Shown piece by piece: positions 49,599 through 58,421 of a stretch of 64,000 bases of DNA. Position 1 is the stretch's first letter; the number at the start of each line of letters is the position of its first letter. The position numbers and the translations under genes were made by a program. The notes beneath the pieces are model-generated. The model was not told where the DNA came from, ran no database searches, and was given only the letters and a program-made list of their open reading frames with translations. Source of the DNA: an uncultured Gammaproteobacteria bacterium (GTDB taxonomy: Bacteria > Patescibacteriota > Microgenomatia > Levybacterales > UBA12049); assembly GCA_964507055.1 (NCBI GenBank), contig CAZDOJ010000001.1, positions 721,313 to 785,312 on the forward strand, read 5' to 3'.

Positions 49599-51968
49599 TT
49601 AAATTGCTTGATGTGCGGTAACTATTGGTTCTTCATCAACTGCTTTATCAGCTACTTTTGCCTTTGGAAGAGGCTTGGTCAAAGCAATTTTCAGTACTTC
49701 ATCCATTTGGCTAACAAACTTGAAATGTAAATCCTTAACTACTTCTTGTGGAATATCTTCAAGATCTTTCTTATTATCTTTTGGTAAGATAATTGTCTTC
49801 AATCCTGCTCTATGTGCAGCAATAACCTTCTCTTTTACTCCACCGATTTCAAGTGCTCGACCTCTTAGTGTAACTTCACCAGTCATAGCAACCTTACGAT
49901 TAACAGGAATCTTAGTCAAAGCTGAAACAATAGCTGTTGAGATAGCTAGCCCCGCTGATGGGCCGTCCTTTGGTACTGCGCCTTCAGGTACGTGGACATG
50001 AATATCAGTTTTTTGGAATAACTTATCAGAGATTCCCATTGTGTGAGCCCGTGATCTGATATAGGAAAGTGCCGCTTGTGCTGATTCTTTCATCACATCT
50101 CCCAATTGTCCAGTCAAGGTAAGAACACCTTTTCCAGGCATCAATGCAACTTCTATAAAGAGGATATCGCCACCAGCCTCAGTCCATGCCAAACCTGTTG
50201 TTTGTCCTATTTCGTCTTTCTTTTCCATCATTGTACCGTGATACTTCATCGGTCCGAGGTACTTTGGTATATCGATCGCTTTCACAGTAATCTTTGATTT
50301 TTCGCCCTCTGCAACCTTCTTTGCAACCTTTCGGAGTACTGTTGCAATTCTTCGTTCTAGATTACGCACACCAGCTTCACGTGTGTAGTGATGAATAATG
50401 TATTGCAATGCTTCGTCAGTCAATTCAACCTGCTTATCTTTCAAACCATGATTTTCAAGCTGTTTTCCGATTAAGAAATCGTGTGAGATCTTGAATTTTT
50501 CATCATGTGTATATCCAGCAAAATGAATAATTTCAAGTCTGTCTCGAAGTGCTGGTGGAATTGTGTCCAAAACATTTGCTGTAGTAATGAACATAACATT
50601 GGAAAGATCAAAAGGAACTTCAAGATAGTGATCAGAGAAAGTACCATTCTGTTCTGGATCTAATGCTTCGAGTAATGCACTTGATGGATCTCCTCGGAAA
50701 TCTGAACCTACTTTATCAATTTCATCGAGCATGAAGACTGGATTTTTTGTACCTGAGTCTTTAATGCCCTGAATGATACGACCTGGAAGTGCTCCAACAT
50801 ATGTTCGACGATGTCCTCGGATTTCAGCTTCATCACGGATACCACCAAGTGATACACGGACGAACTTTCGGCCTAATGCACGAGCAATAGATTTACCGAT
50901 AGAAGTCTTACCAACACCTGGAGGTCCTGCAAAACAAAGGATAGGGCCCTTCATCTTTCCTGAAAGCTTATGAACTGCGAGATATTCAATAATACGCTCT
51001 TTTGCTTTTGATAAACCATAGTGATCCTCATCCAAAATCTTCTCAGCTGTTTTAATATTTGAACTATCTTTACTCTCTTGACTCCAAGGAAGTGCGACCA
51101 TCAAATCAAGATAATTACGGATGTATCCAGCTTCAGGATTGAATTGATTCATATTTTGAAGCTTATTTAATTCCTTACGTGCTTTTTCTTCAACTTCTTG
51201 TGGCATCTTTGCCTCTTTTATTTTGTTAAGAAGGACTCGGATCTCAGAATTTTCTTCCTTATCACCCAATTCTTCTTCAATTGTTCGAAGTCTTTCGCGA
51301 AGCATTGCTTCACGAGCACCTTTTTCAAATCTTTCTTGCGTCTTAGAAGCAATTCGGCGTTCTAATTCGAGGATCTTTATTTCCTTTGCAAGAAGTTCTG
51401 TCAATTTTTGCAAACGTGCTTTTACATCGGTCATTTCAAGCAAATCTTGTCGTTCTTGTGGTTTAAGATCGAGTGCTGATGCAATAAGATCAGAAAGTTC
51501 TGCAGGTGAAGTTTCGGACATGATATTCATGAAAAGCAAAAAATCTGCTGACTTTCCAAAGTTCATAGCTTTACGGAATTCATTTGTAAGGTGATTGCAG
51601 AGTGCTTTAATCTCTTCATTCTTTTCAACTTCTTCTGGGAGCTCGACAACTCGTGCCATGAAATAAGATTCATGTTTTTCATATCCAAGGATTTTTACAC
51701 GGGATAGACCACGAACCTGTGCATTTATTTCGCCATCAGTTCGGATCATACGTTCGATTCGAGATAAAGTACCGATCTCATAAAGGTCATCAGAACTTGG
51801 ATCATTTAACCGAGCATTTTTCTGAAGGACGAAACAAACAACTCGTTCTTTTTGAAAAGCAGATTCAAGAGCTGCAAGACTTTTTGGACGTCCAAACGTA
51901 AGGACTGAATCTGTACTTGGGAAGATTATTCCATCTCTTATTGGAATTATTGGGACAACTTTTTCCAT
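49599..51968 (-). CDS. lon: ATP-dependent Lon protease (LonA)
   Basis: LON N-domain, Walker A GPPGVGKTS, MLDEIDK, and catalytic Ser in PKDGPSAGLA. Confidence 0.97.
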   Translation of the reverse strand: MEKVVPIIPIRDGIIFPSTDSVLTFGRPKSLAALESAFQKERVVCFVLQKNARLNDPSSDDLYEIGTLSRIERMIRTDGEINAQVRGLSRVKILGYEKHESYFMARVVELPEEVEKNEEIKALCNHLTNEFRKAMNFGKSADFLLFMNIMSETSPAELSDLIASALDLKPQERQDLLEMTDVKARLQKLTELLAKEIKILELERRIASKTQERFEKGAREAMLRERLRTIEEELGDKEENSEIRVLLNKIKEAKMPQEVEEKARKELNKLQNMNQFNPEAGYIRNYLDLMVALPWSQESKDSSNIKTAEKILDEDHYGLSKAKERIIEYLAVHKLSGKMKGPILCFAGPPGVGKTSIGKSIARALGRKFVRVSLGGIRDEAEIRGHRRTYVGALPGRIIQGIKDSGTKNPVFMLDEIDKVGSDFRGDPSSALLEALDPEQNGTFSDHYLEVPFDLSNVMFITTANVLDTIPPALRDRLEIIHFAGYTHDEKFKISHDFLIGKQLENHGLKDKQVELTDEALQYIIHHYTREAGVRNLERRIATVLRKVAKKVAEGEKSKITVKAIDIPKYLGPMKYHGTMMEKKDEIGQTTGLAWTEAGGDILFIEVALMPGKGVLTLTGQLGDVMKESAQAALSYIRSRAHTMGISDKLFQKTDIHVHVPEGAVPKDGPSAGLAISTAIVSALTKIPVNRKVAMTGEVTLRGRALEIGGVKEKVIAAHRAGLKTIILPKDNKKDLEDIPQEVVKDLHFKFVSQMDEVLKIALTKPLPKAKVADKAVDEEPIVTAHQAI

Positions 51969-52016
51969 AATATTTTTTTTGATTTACCGACTTTTTGTGG
52001 TTGTCTGCAAATCGTA

Positions 52017-52050
52017 TTAGCAATCTATCATAGATTCTGCTAATTGTCAA
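52017..52050 (-). promoter_or_regulatory. lon promoter (TTGACA-17-TAGATT) overlapped by a CIRCE-like palindrome
   Basis: Plus strand 52017-52043 reads TTAGCAATC-TATCATAGA-TTCTGCTAA, versus CIRCE TTAGCACTC-N9-GAGTGCTAA. On the minus strand the -35 is at 52045-52050 and the -10 at 52022-52027. Confidence 0.4.
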
Positions 52051-52159
52051 TGACTCAGACTAGATCATATATTTTATCTATTTAAGACTGAGCCAATTGT
52101 GGATTACAATGTATCAACTTAACCTTCTACTGTCAACCCTACATTACTTTGTTGATAAG

Positions 52160-52525
52160 CTATTTAGCCTTGGTGTGCTTTTTAACCATAGAGAGAAGAT
52201 CATCTATATTAAATGGTTTAAGGAGAAAATCATCTGCTCCCGATTCTTTCGTGATCTTTTCTGTCTCATTATTTGCAGACATCATGACAAGCGGTATATG
52301 TTTGGTATGGGGTTTTGATTTTATATTCTTTGCTATCTGCCCACCATCTTCTCCAAAAAGCCAAATATCCAAGAGGATCATATCAGGTGCATGCTTGTCG
52401 ACTGTTTTATAGACATGCTCACCTTGATCAGCAGTTAAGACATCATAGCCCTCGTTTTCTAGAATAATCTTAACTACTTCTATGATTGCTTTATCGTCTT
52501 CAGCGACGAGGATCTTTTTCTTCAT
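52160..52525 (-). CDS. CheY-like stand-alone response-regulator receiver
   Basis: ILVAEDDKAIIEVV, DMILLDIWL, VMMSAN and KPF. The ATG abuts the sortase stop codon. Confidence 0.85.
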   Translation of the reverse strand: MKKKILVAEDDKAIIEVVKIILENEGYDVLTADQGEHVYKTVDKHAPDMILLDIWLFGEDGGQIAKNIKSKPHTKHIPLVMMSANNETEKITKESGADDFLLKPFNIDDLLSMVKKHTKAK

Positions 52526-53134
52526 CTATTTTTCAACTAGTTTCGAATATATTACATGTCGATCTGAATATCCACTTTCCTTATTCCAATCACCATCGCA
52601 TGTAATGAGGTTAAGCATCGGTGTTGAAGCATTTCCAAAAACCTCAGCTATTGGAAAATCTTTATTGGGATATTTCTTTGAATCGGTAACTTCAAAAGTC
52701 CATTCCTTTCCTTTATCGTCAGTCACTACAATTTCGTCTCCGGCTTCAAGCTTATTTAAATCCCAAAAGACTGCCGCTGAACCATCTTTTCTATCATAGT
52801 GTCCTGCAAGTACCGCATTTCCATTCATACCAGGTCGGAAACCAGGATTATACCATGCGGTGTTATCATCATTACTGGGAGTGTCCATTCTACCTTCTGA
52901 ATCATTAGCGACAGATTCTACTGAAGCATCAACATTTATTTTTGGGATTCGAACATGCTTAGGAACTCCAGGTAAAGGAGCCTGAGTTACTTTCGCTAGT
53001 TCTTCTTCTGATTGTTTTGACTGGGTTGAAAGGACTTGTTTGTCATTATCATTTTTGACGAAGTGTGAGGCAGAGGTCCCAATTATTATCCCAGAAACAA
53101 TAATGACTACTATTGTTACGAGTGCTTTTAACAT
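52526..53134 (-). CDS. class F sortase
   Basis: N-terminal TM anchor, VRIPKINVDASV, AVLAGHYD (His), LNLITCDG (Cys) and DRHVIY (Arg). Confidence 0.85.
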   Translation of the reverse strand: MLKALVTIVVIIVSGIIIGTSASHFVKNDNDKQVLSTQSKQSEEELAKVTQAPLPGVPKHVRIPKINVDASVESVANDSEGRMDTPSNDDNTAWYNPGFRPGMNGNAVLAGHYDRKDGSAAVFWDLNKLEAGDEIVVTDDKGKEWTFEVTDSKKYPNKDFPIAEVFGNASTPMLNLITCDGDWNKESGYSDRHVIYSKLVEK

Positions 53135-53158
53135 AATAAAAAATTAATTATTTTCAAC

Positions 53159-53198
53159 GGAGCAAGATGTATCAACAATGGTCAACACATCTTGCTCC
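53159..53198 (-). terminator. 12-bp perfect hairpin between the small peptide gene and sortase (partial terminator/attenuator candidate)
   Basis: GGAGCAAGATGT (53159-53170) pairs with ACATCTTGCTCC (53187-53198) around a 16-nt loop. The T-run is not directly adjacent to the stem. Confidence 0.4.
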
Positions 53199-53237
53199 AT
53201 ATTTTTAAACGACATATTAGTTTAACTAATATAAAGC

Positions 53238-53420
53238 TTAGTAAGCTCTGTTACCAGTTGCTGGTGCTTCACTTGGCATAGCTGCACTAGTTGTTGGTGT
53301 TACAGTTGTCGTGTTGTTTGTTGTGTTTGTAGGTGTTGCTGTTTGTGCAAATGTCATTGTTGCCGCTGCCATTGCTGAAACTGCGAATACACCTGTTGCG
53401 ATTACTGCTTTTTTGATCAT
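53238..53420 (-). CDS. small secreted Thr-rich peptide (60 aa)
   Basis: Strong SD GGGAGGTGAgtatATG. Signal peptide MIKKAVIATGVFAVSAMAAATMTFA|Q. Mature part QTATPTNTTNNTTTVTPTTSAAMPSEAPATGNRAY. Confidence 0.65.
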   Translation of the reverse strand: MIKKAVIATGVFAVSAMAAATMTFAQTATPTNTTNNTTTVTPTTSAAMPSEAPATGNRAY

Positions 53421-53824
53421 ATACTCACCTCCCTTCGTGCAATTGAATTACTCTTTATATTTTAAAGCTCATTGAGTAGAAGCTTTATCGACCCATCAAT
53501 AAACTGATGAGGAACGATTAATTCATCCTAACATACTTTTTATTTTGCCGTCAACCGCATAGCTATTTTCTTACATCTAAAAGTACCTGACTCTTTAAAT
53601 ATTCATACATTAAGATAAGCTTTTTACATAAAATCGACTAATATTTTGAGCTCTGTCATCTTGATAATTACATAAAGTTAAGAAAAAGTAGCTCAACATT
53701 TCTTTCTGATTCCTTACAAGATTTTGGTTAATCTCTTATTGTTAAGCATTATCCTAACTGGTGTATACAGAAAAAACTTTAGAACACATTTTAAATAGTT
53801 TTTAGGAAAGGAGGTGAATACACA

Positions 53825-54010
53825 ATGGCTAAAACAATGAAAAAAGGAAAAGGCAGAGGTTTTGCTTCAATGAGCAAAGATAAACAGCGCGAAATCGCAA
53901 GTAAAGGTGGTCGTGCTGCGCATATCAAAGGCACTGCCCACAAATGGACAAGTGAGGAAGCTCGAAAAGCCGGTCAACTCGGTGGTCGTGCTCGCCAAAA
54001 GAAGTCCTAA
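53825..54010 (+). CDS. KGG-repeat stress-induced protein
   Basis: SKGGRAAH and GQLGGRAR repeats. SD GGAAAGGAGGTGA lies 8 nt upstream. Confidence 0.7.
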   Translation: MAKTMKKGKGRGFASMSKDKQREIASKGGRAAHIKGTAHKWTSEEARKAGQLGGRARQKKS

Positions 54011-54101
54011 TGGAATTCGGATTCTCGACCGTTATAGACGAGAAGCGAACTAGGTTCGCAAACTTACTGCCCAATGCAGAGGAAGGAGGTGAAAAGTTTT
54101 T

Positions 54102-54353
54102 ATGAATATTTTATCTTGGTTAATCTTTGGAACTATTGTAGGTATTGTCGCTAATGCTATTGACCCTGCACCTAATAGAGGCGGAATATTTGGTTCAATT
54201 TTATTAGGAATTGTTGGAGCACTCGTTGGCGGATTCCTAGCAAATCTCATATTCGGAATAACGGTGACCGGATTTAACGTAACATCATTCTTAGTCGCAA
54301 TTGCTGGATCATTGCTATTACTCTTTGTCGGCAAAGCAATGCGAAGAGCCTAG
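54102..54353 (+). CDS. GlsB/YeaQ/YmgE-family stress-response membrane protein
   Basis: ILSWLIFGTIVGIVANAIDP...GGIFGSILLGIVGALVGGFL. SD GGAAGGAGGTGA. Confidence 0.85.
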   Translation: MNILSWLIFGTIVGIVANAIDPAPNRGGIFGSILLGIVGALVGGFLANLIFGITVTGFNVTSFLVAIAGSLLLLFVGKAMRRA

Positions 54354-54383
54354 GATATGATACGAAATATATACGGGAGTATG

Positions 54384-54425
54384 AGCAATCCCAAAATTTA
54401 TAGATAAAAGAATATTGGGATTGCT
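54384..54425 (+). terminator. 11-bp perfect hairpin downstream of the GlsB-like gene (terminator candidate, no U-tract)
   Basis: AGCAATCCCAA (54384-54394) pairs with TTGGGATTGCT (54415-54425) around a 20-nt loop. Confidence 0.3.
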
Positions 54426-54483
54426 TCTCTCGTAAATTAAGGATAAAAATAATTAATTTATTTTTGAAAGGAGGTGAAAAAAC

Positions 54484-54795
54484 ATGCAACTTATGCAAAA
54501 TCAACAAAAGAAAAATAATAAACCAATAAGCCCTATTGCTGCCGGTATTACAGGCGTAGTTATCGGGGCAGCGGGAGCAGCTGCAATTGCTTTATCAGAT
54601 AAAGAAACTCGTAAAAAAGCGACTGGTAAAGCGATGAAAGTAAAAGAAGATCTTCATAAATGGAGTTCTAAAACTATTAAAGATATGCAAACTCACGGAG
54701 AAAAAGTCAAAGCGAGTTCTAAAGACGCAATCGATAATAATAAAGAAACAGTCTCAAAACAATTAAAAGATAAAATTGATGAGACATTTAAATAA
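54484..54795 (+). CDS. YtxH-like general stress protein
   Basis: N-terminal Gly/Ala-rich helix PIAAGITGVVIGAAGAAAIALSDKETRKKA followed by a charged coiled region. SD GAAAGGAGGTGA. Confidence 0.5.
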   Translation: MQLMQNQQKKNNKPISPIAAGITGVVIGAAGAAAIALSDKETRKKATGKAMKVKEDLHKWSSKTIKDMQTHGEKVKASSKDAIDNNKETVSKQLKDKIDETFK

Positions 54796-54817
54796 ATGCA
54801 GCGATATTTAATAAAAG

Positions 54818-54847
54818 GAAAGGAGGAGAATTCATTCTTCTCCTTTT
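54818..54847. terminator. bidirectional intrinsic terminator between the YtxH-like and Crp genes
   Basis: GAAAGGAGGAGAA-TTCA-TTCTTCTCCTTT hairpin (one G-U), followed by TTTACTTTTATATT. Confidence 0.6.
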
Positions 54848-54851
54848 ACTT

Positions 54852-55541
54852 TTATATTGCGTCTCTTAAAGAGGAATCATTTTGAGAATATAATGCCACC
54901 TCTTCTTCAAACCGTTTTATATTTCTTATAGTAATTAATCTTCCTGCTTTTCCAAGAAATCCTTTTTTTTCTAATTTTTTCATTTCAACAGAAGTCGTCT
55001 CACGCGTAATGCCAACGAGAGCGGCAACATCTCTATGTGTTAAAGGAACTTCTATGATAACTTCATTATCACCACTTGGCTTCCCAAAACGCTTTGCACA
55101 GACAAGGAGCGTAGTAGCTACTTTGATGTATGCGTTACTTAAGATAAGATACTCCATCCTACTAAATACTCCATCGACCCTACCCATAGCTTGAGTGGCT
55201 AAGTCATATAAGACATCAGGTTTTGTAGTAATAAACTTTATAAATTCTTCTTGTGGAGCACTCCATAATTCAAGCGGCGTAATTGCTTCAAGATAATACC
55301 CATTTACGCTTTTATTGAATCCATAGGTAAAAGGGAAAAAGTCTTTGGGTTTGAGAATCATAAGTGTTAGCTCTTCCCCATCTTCAGTTATTTTATAGAC
55401 ACGAACATATCCGTTCTTTATATAAAAAACATTTTTGGAGGCATCATTTGGTTGGAGGATCATAACTCGCTTTTTATAATAATGGAGTGGATTAGGTTCA
55501 AAAAATTCATCAAGTTGATCTGCTATAGACTTTTTTATCAT
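54852..55541 (-). CDS. Crp/Fnr-family transcriptional regulator
   Basis: cNMP-binding-like beta-roll (VFYIKNGYVRVYKITEDGEELTL) and C-terminal HTH THRDVAALVGITRETTSVEMKKLEKKG. Confidence 0.8.
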   Translation of the reverse strand: MIKKSIADQLDEFFEPNPLHYYKKRVMILQPNDASKNVFYIKNGYVRVYKITEDGEELTLMILKPKDFFPFTYGFNKSVNGYYLEAITPLELWSAPQEEFIKFITTKPDVLYDLATQAMGRVDGVFSRMEYLILSNAYIKVATTLLVCAKRFGKPSGDNEVIIEVPLTHRDVAALVGITRETTSVEMKKLEKKGFLGKAGRLITIRNIKRFEEEVALYSQNDSSLRDAI

Positions 55542-55670
55542 AATCTTAGAATAATATATATAATAGCCATATGCTTTGATAGAAAAATGTGTATCATGTA
55601 AGAATATATTAAGAAACGGCTATAGACTCTTTGTGAATCCCTCATAATTTGGTAAGATTACCTGTATAAA

Positions 55671-56843
55671 ATGAAAAATGATATTTTGGAGCAGATTTAT
55701 CTGACTTCTCTGGATCTTCTTAACGCTAATTCAGCAAAGAAACTAGAATCGACAATCGTAGAATCATCAAAAAAATTGAGCGGAGCGGCTTATGCTCAGC
55801 TTTACTTCAACCAAAAAGACCGATTAAAGAAAATCTATAGCTCTGATGCCGAGATCAAAAAAAGTACGATGGTGAAAATGCCTGGATTTAAGAAATATGC
55901 TCTTAAACATAGTATCGCTACAGTTCCACAAGATGTTCTTAAAACGTGGAATATTGACCATATGCCACCGAATATTCATGCGATTACTGTGATCCCACTG
56001 CTACACAAAGATAATCCTCTGGGATTTCTTGTCCTATTTTTTATTGAGAAAACAGACCTAAGCGAAGAAACGAAAAAAGCCCTTCTTACACTAAGCCAAA
56101 CAGCAGTTCTTGCGATAACAAAATCACGAATTCAGGAGGAATCCAAAAAAGCATTGGAAATACGAGATAGATTTATTTCGCTTGCTTCACATGAACTACG
56201 AACACCTTTGACTTCTTTACATGGATACATCCAATTGCTCCATGCAAGAATGTCAGGAAAAGAATCTGTTGAAGCACGGTGGATAAACGAATTACATATT
56301 GAGAGCATACGATTAACAACTTTAGTAAAAGAATTGCTCGATGTTAATAGAATCAAACAAGGTCAGTTTGCTTTCGTCTTTAGTGAGGTCCCTATGCAAG
56401 AGGTTGTTGAGAAAGCAATTGAACACTATCGATTAACTAGTGCAGATCATCCTATTACTTTCCAGAATAAACTGGAAGATGATGGCAAAGTCGTAGGAGA
56501 TTTCGATAAGCTGGTTGAAATGGTTTCAGGTCTATTAGGAAACGCGATAAAATTTTCAAAGCCACAAGAAAAGATAGCCATTCTACTGAAAAGTACTCAG
56601 GGAATGCTTTCATTAACGGTAAAAGATACTGGAAAAGGTATAAGTAAGAAGGACCTTGCAGCTGTCTTTGATGGGTTTTATAAAAGTTCTCACGCAAGCC
56701 ACCTAGAAGGTATGGGCGTCGGATTACTTTTAGCAAAGCATATCGTTGAGAATCATAGAGGGAAAATCAAAATCACTTCAAAAGAAAATAAGGGAACAAA
56801 AGTGGAAATTACATTACCGACGATTAAGGCTACTCCCCTTTAA
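55671..56843 (+). CDS. soluble sensor histidine kinase (GAF-like N-domain + HisKA + HATPase_c)
   Basis: H-box SLASHELRTPLTSL, N-box LLGNAIKFS, G1 VKDTGKGI, G2 GMGVGL. No TM segment. Confidence 0.9.
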   Translation: MKNDILEQIYLTSLDLLNANSAKKLESTIVESSKKLSGAAYAQLYFNQKDRLKKIYSSDAEIKKSTMVKMPGFKKYALKHSIATVPQDVLKTWNIDHMPPNIHAITVIPLLHKDNPLGFLVLFFIEKTDLSEETKKALLTLSQTAVLAITKSRIQEESKKALEIRDRFISLASHELRTPLTSLHGYIQLLHARMSGKESVEARWINELHIESIRLTTLVKELLDVNRIKQGQFAFVFSEVPMQEVVEKAIEHYRLTSADHPITFQNKLEDDGKVVGDFDKLVEMVSGLLGNAIKFSKPQEKIAILLKSTQGMLSLTVKDTGKGISKKDLAAVFDGFYKSSHASHLEGMGVGLLLAKHIVENHRGKIKITSKENKGTKVEITLPTIKATPL

Positions 56844-58421
56844 AACGCATGCTTCATAGGGACCTAATGTGATTTGTGTTTCGTTATCAGCGATTGTATG
56901 ATCCGCATTTGTAGATACAACTACCTGCATATCAGAAAACGGTAAGGTCCCAATTTGGTCCTGATCAGTAAAATTCAACAGAATAACTCGCATATCATTA
57001 TCAATCGATCGAGTGAATGCAAAAATCTCATTGTTTTTAACGTCTAGACTATCATATGCACCATTAATAATAACCGCATCCTCCTGACGCATTTTTAGAA
57101 GCTTCCTGTAAAGTGAAAGCATTGAATGCACATCCTTACTTTCATTGGAAACATTTCGTTCCTCCCAAGCATTTTCCAAAGGCAACCACGGTGTTCCTTT
57201 CGTAAATCCAGCATTTTTTGAAGCATCCCATTGCATTGGAGTTCGGACTGGATCACGTCCAAATCCTGGCGACGTATATTCTTTCGTGTCATGAATCATT
57301 TCTCGCGGGATATGCACATCTTCCATACCAAGTTCCTCCCCATAATAAATAACAGGCATACCTGGAAGTGTCAAAAGTAATACTGCTGCAATCTTTGATT
57401 GCCCACGACCAAATCGTGTAGATATACGTGGCTTATCATGATTCCCAAAAACAAATGTTGGAAGCTCTGTTGGAGTTAAGGATTTGATATAAGCCGTAAC
57501 AAATTGTCTGTATGAATCCGCACTCCAAGGAATACGTTGGAGTTCAAAGTTGAAGGGGATGACATTCCCACTGGAGATATTCTCGTAATATTTTTTGTAA
57601 ATCGGGATTGCATCAGTTCCTTTTTTATTGAGATACGATTCAGTAATAAGAAATCCGTCACCATGTTCTTTAATGAATGAACCGAGTTCATCGATAATTT
57701 CAAATACTTTCTCTTGATCACGCATATATATATGCAACTTTTTATAAAACGGTTGTATCGCACCTTCAACATAGGTTAGATCATCAGGTTCATCAAGAAA
57801 TCGTGGATCTTTCCAAAGGTAATTTGCAGCATCCAACCGAAATCCATCGACATCTTTATCAATCCAAAACTTGATAACCTTTTTTACTGCTTGCATCACT
57901 TCGGGATTTGCCCAATTGAGATCAGGCTGCTCAGTAAGAAATGAATGGAAATAATATTGTCCCGTTGATTCATCCCAAGCCCACGGTGTCGGCTCAAAAA
58001 CACTCATCCAGTTATTTGGCTCTTTGCCGTCGACTTTGTCTTTCCAAATATACCAATCTCTTTTGGGATTATCACGGCTGGATCGAGATTCTTGAAACCA
58101 TGGATGCTGATCTGAGGTATGATTTACAACAAGATCGATTACCACTTTAATCCCTCGGGCATGTGCTTGTTCAATAAACTTTTCAAAATCTTTCAGAGTT
58201 CCAAACTCTGGGGAGACATCACAATAATTCTCAATATCATAGCCTCCATCCTTCATCGGAGATGGATAAAATGGAGTAATCCAGATGGCATTAATACCTA
58301 ATTCTTTGAGGTAATCGAGTCGAAAAATGATGCCATTGAGATCACCATAGCCATCACCATTGGAATCTTGGAAACTTCGAGGATATATTTCGTATAGAAC
58401 GAGATTATTCTTTGATGACAT
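56814..58421 (-). CDS. GH13 alpha-glucosidase / oligo-1,6-glucosidase family
   Basis: YEIYPRSFQDSNGDGYGDL, DLVVNHTS, GFRLDAANY and FGNHD. Start taken at MSSKNN; the track ORF starts at 58433. Confidence 0.9.
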   Translation of the reverse strand: MSSKNNLVLYEIYPRSFQDSNGDGYGDLNGIIFRLDYLKELGINAIWITPFYPSPMKDGGYDIENYCDVSPEFGTLKDFEKFIEQAHARGIKVVIDLVVNHTSDQHPWFQESRSSRDNPKRDWYIWKDKVDGKEPNNWMSVFEPTPWAWDESTGQYYFHSFLTEQPDLNWANPEVMQAVKKVIKFWIDKDVDGFRLDAANYLWKDPRFLDEPDDLTYVEGAIQPFYKKLHIYMRDQEKVFEIIDELGSFIKEHGDGFLITESYLNKKGTDAIPIYKKYYENISSGNVIPFNFELQRIPWSADSYRQFVTAYIKSLTPTELPTFVFGNHDKPRISTRFGRGQSKIAAVLLLTLPGMPVIYYGEELGMEDVHIPREMIHDTKEYTSPGFGRDPVRTPMQWDASKNAGFTKGTPWLPLENAWEERNVSNESKDVHSMLSLYRKLLKMRQEDAVIINGAYDSLDVKNNEIFAFTRSIDNDMRVILLNFTDQDQIGTLPFSDMQVVVSTNADHTIADNETQITLGPYEACVLKGSSLNRR

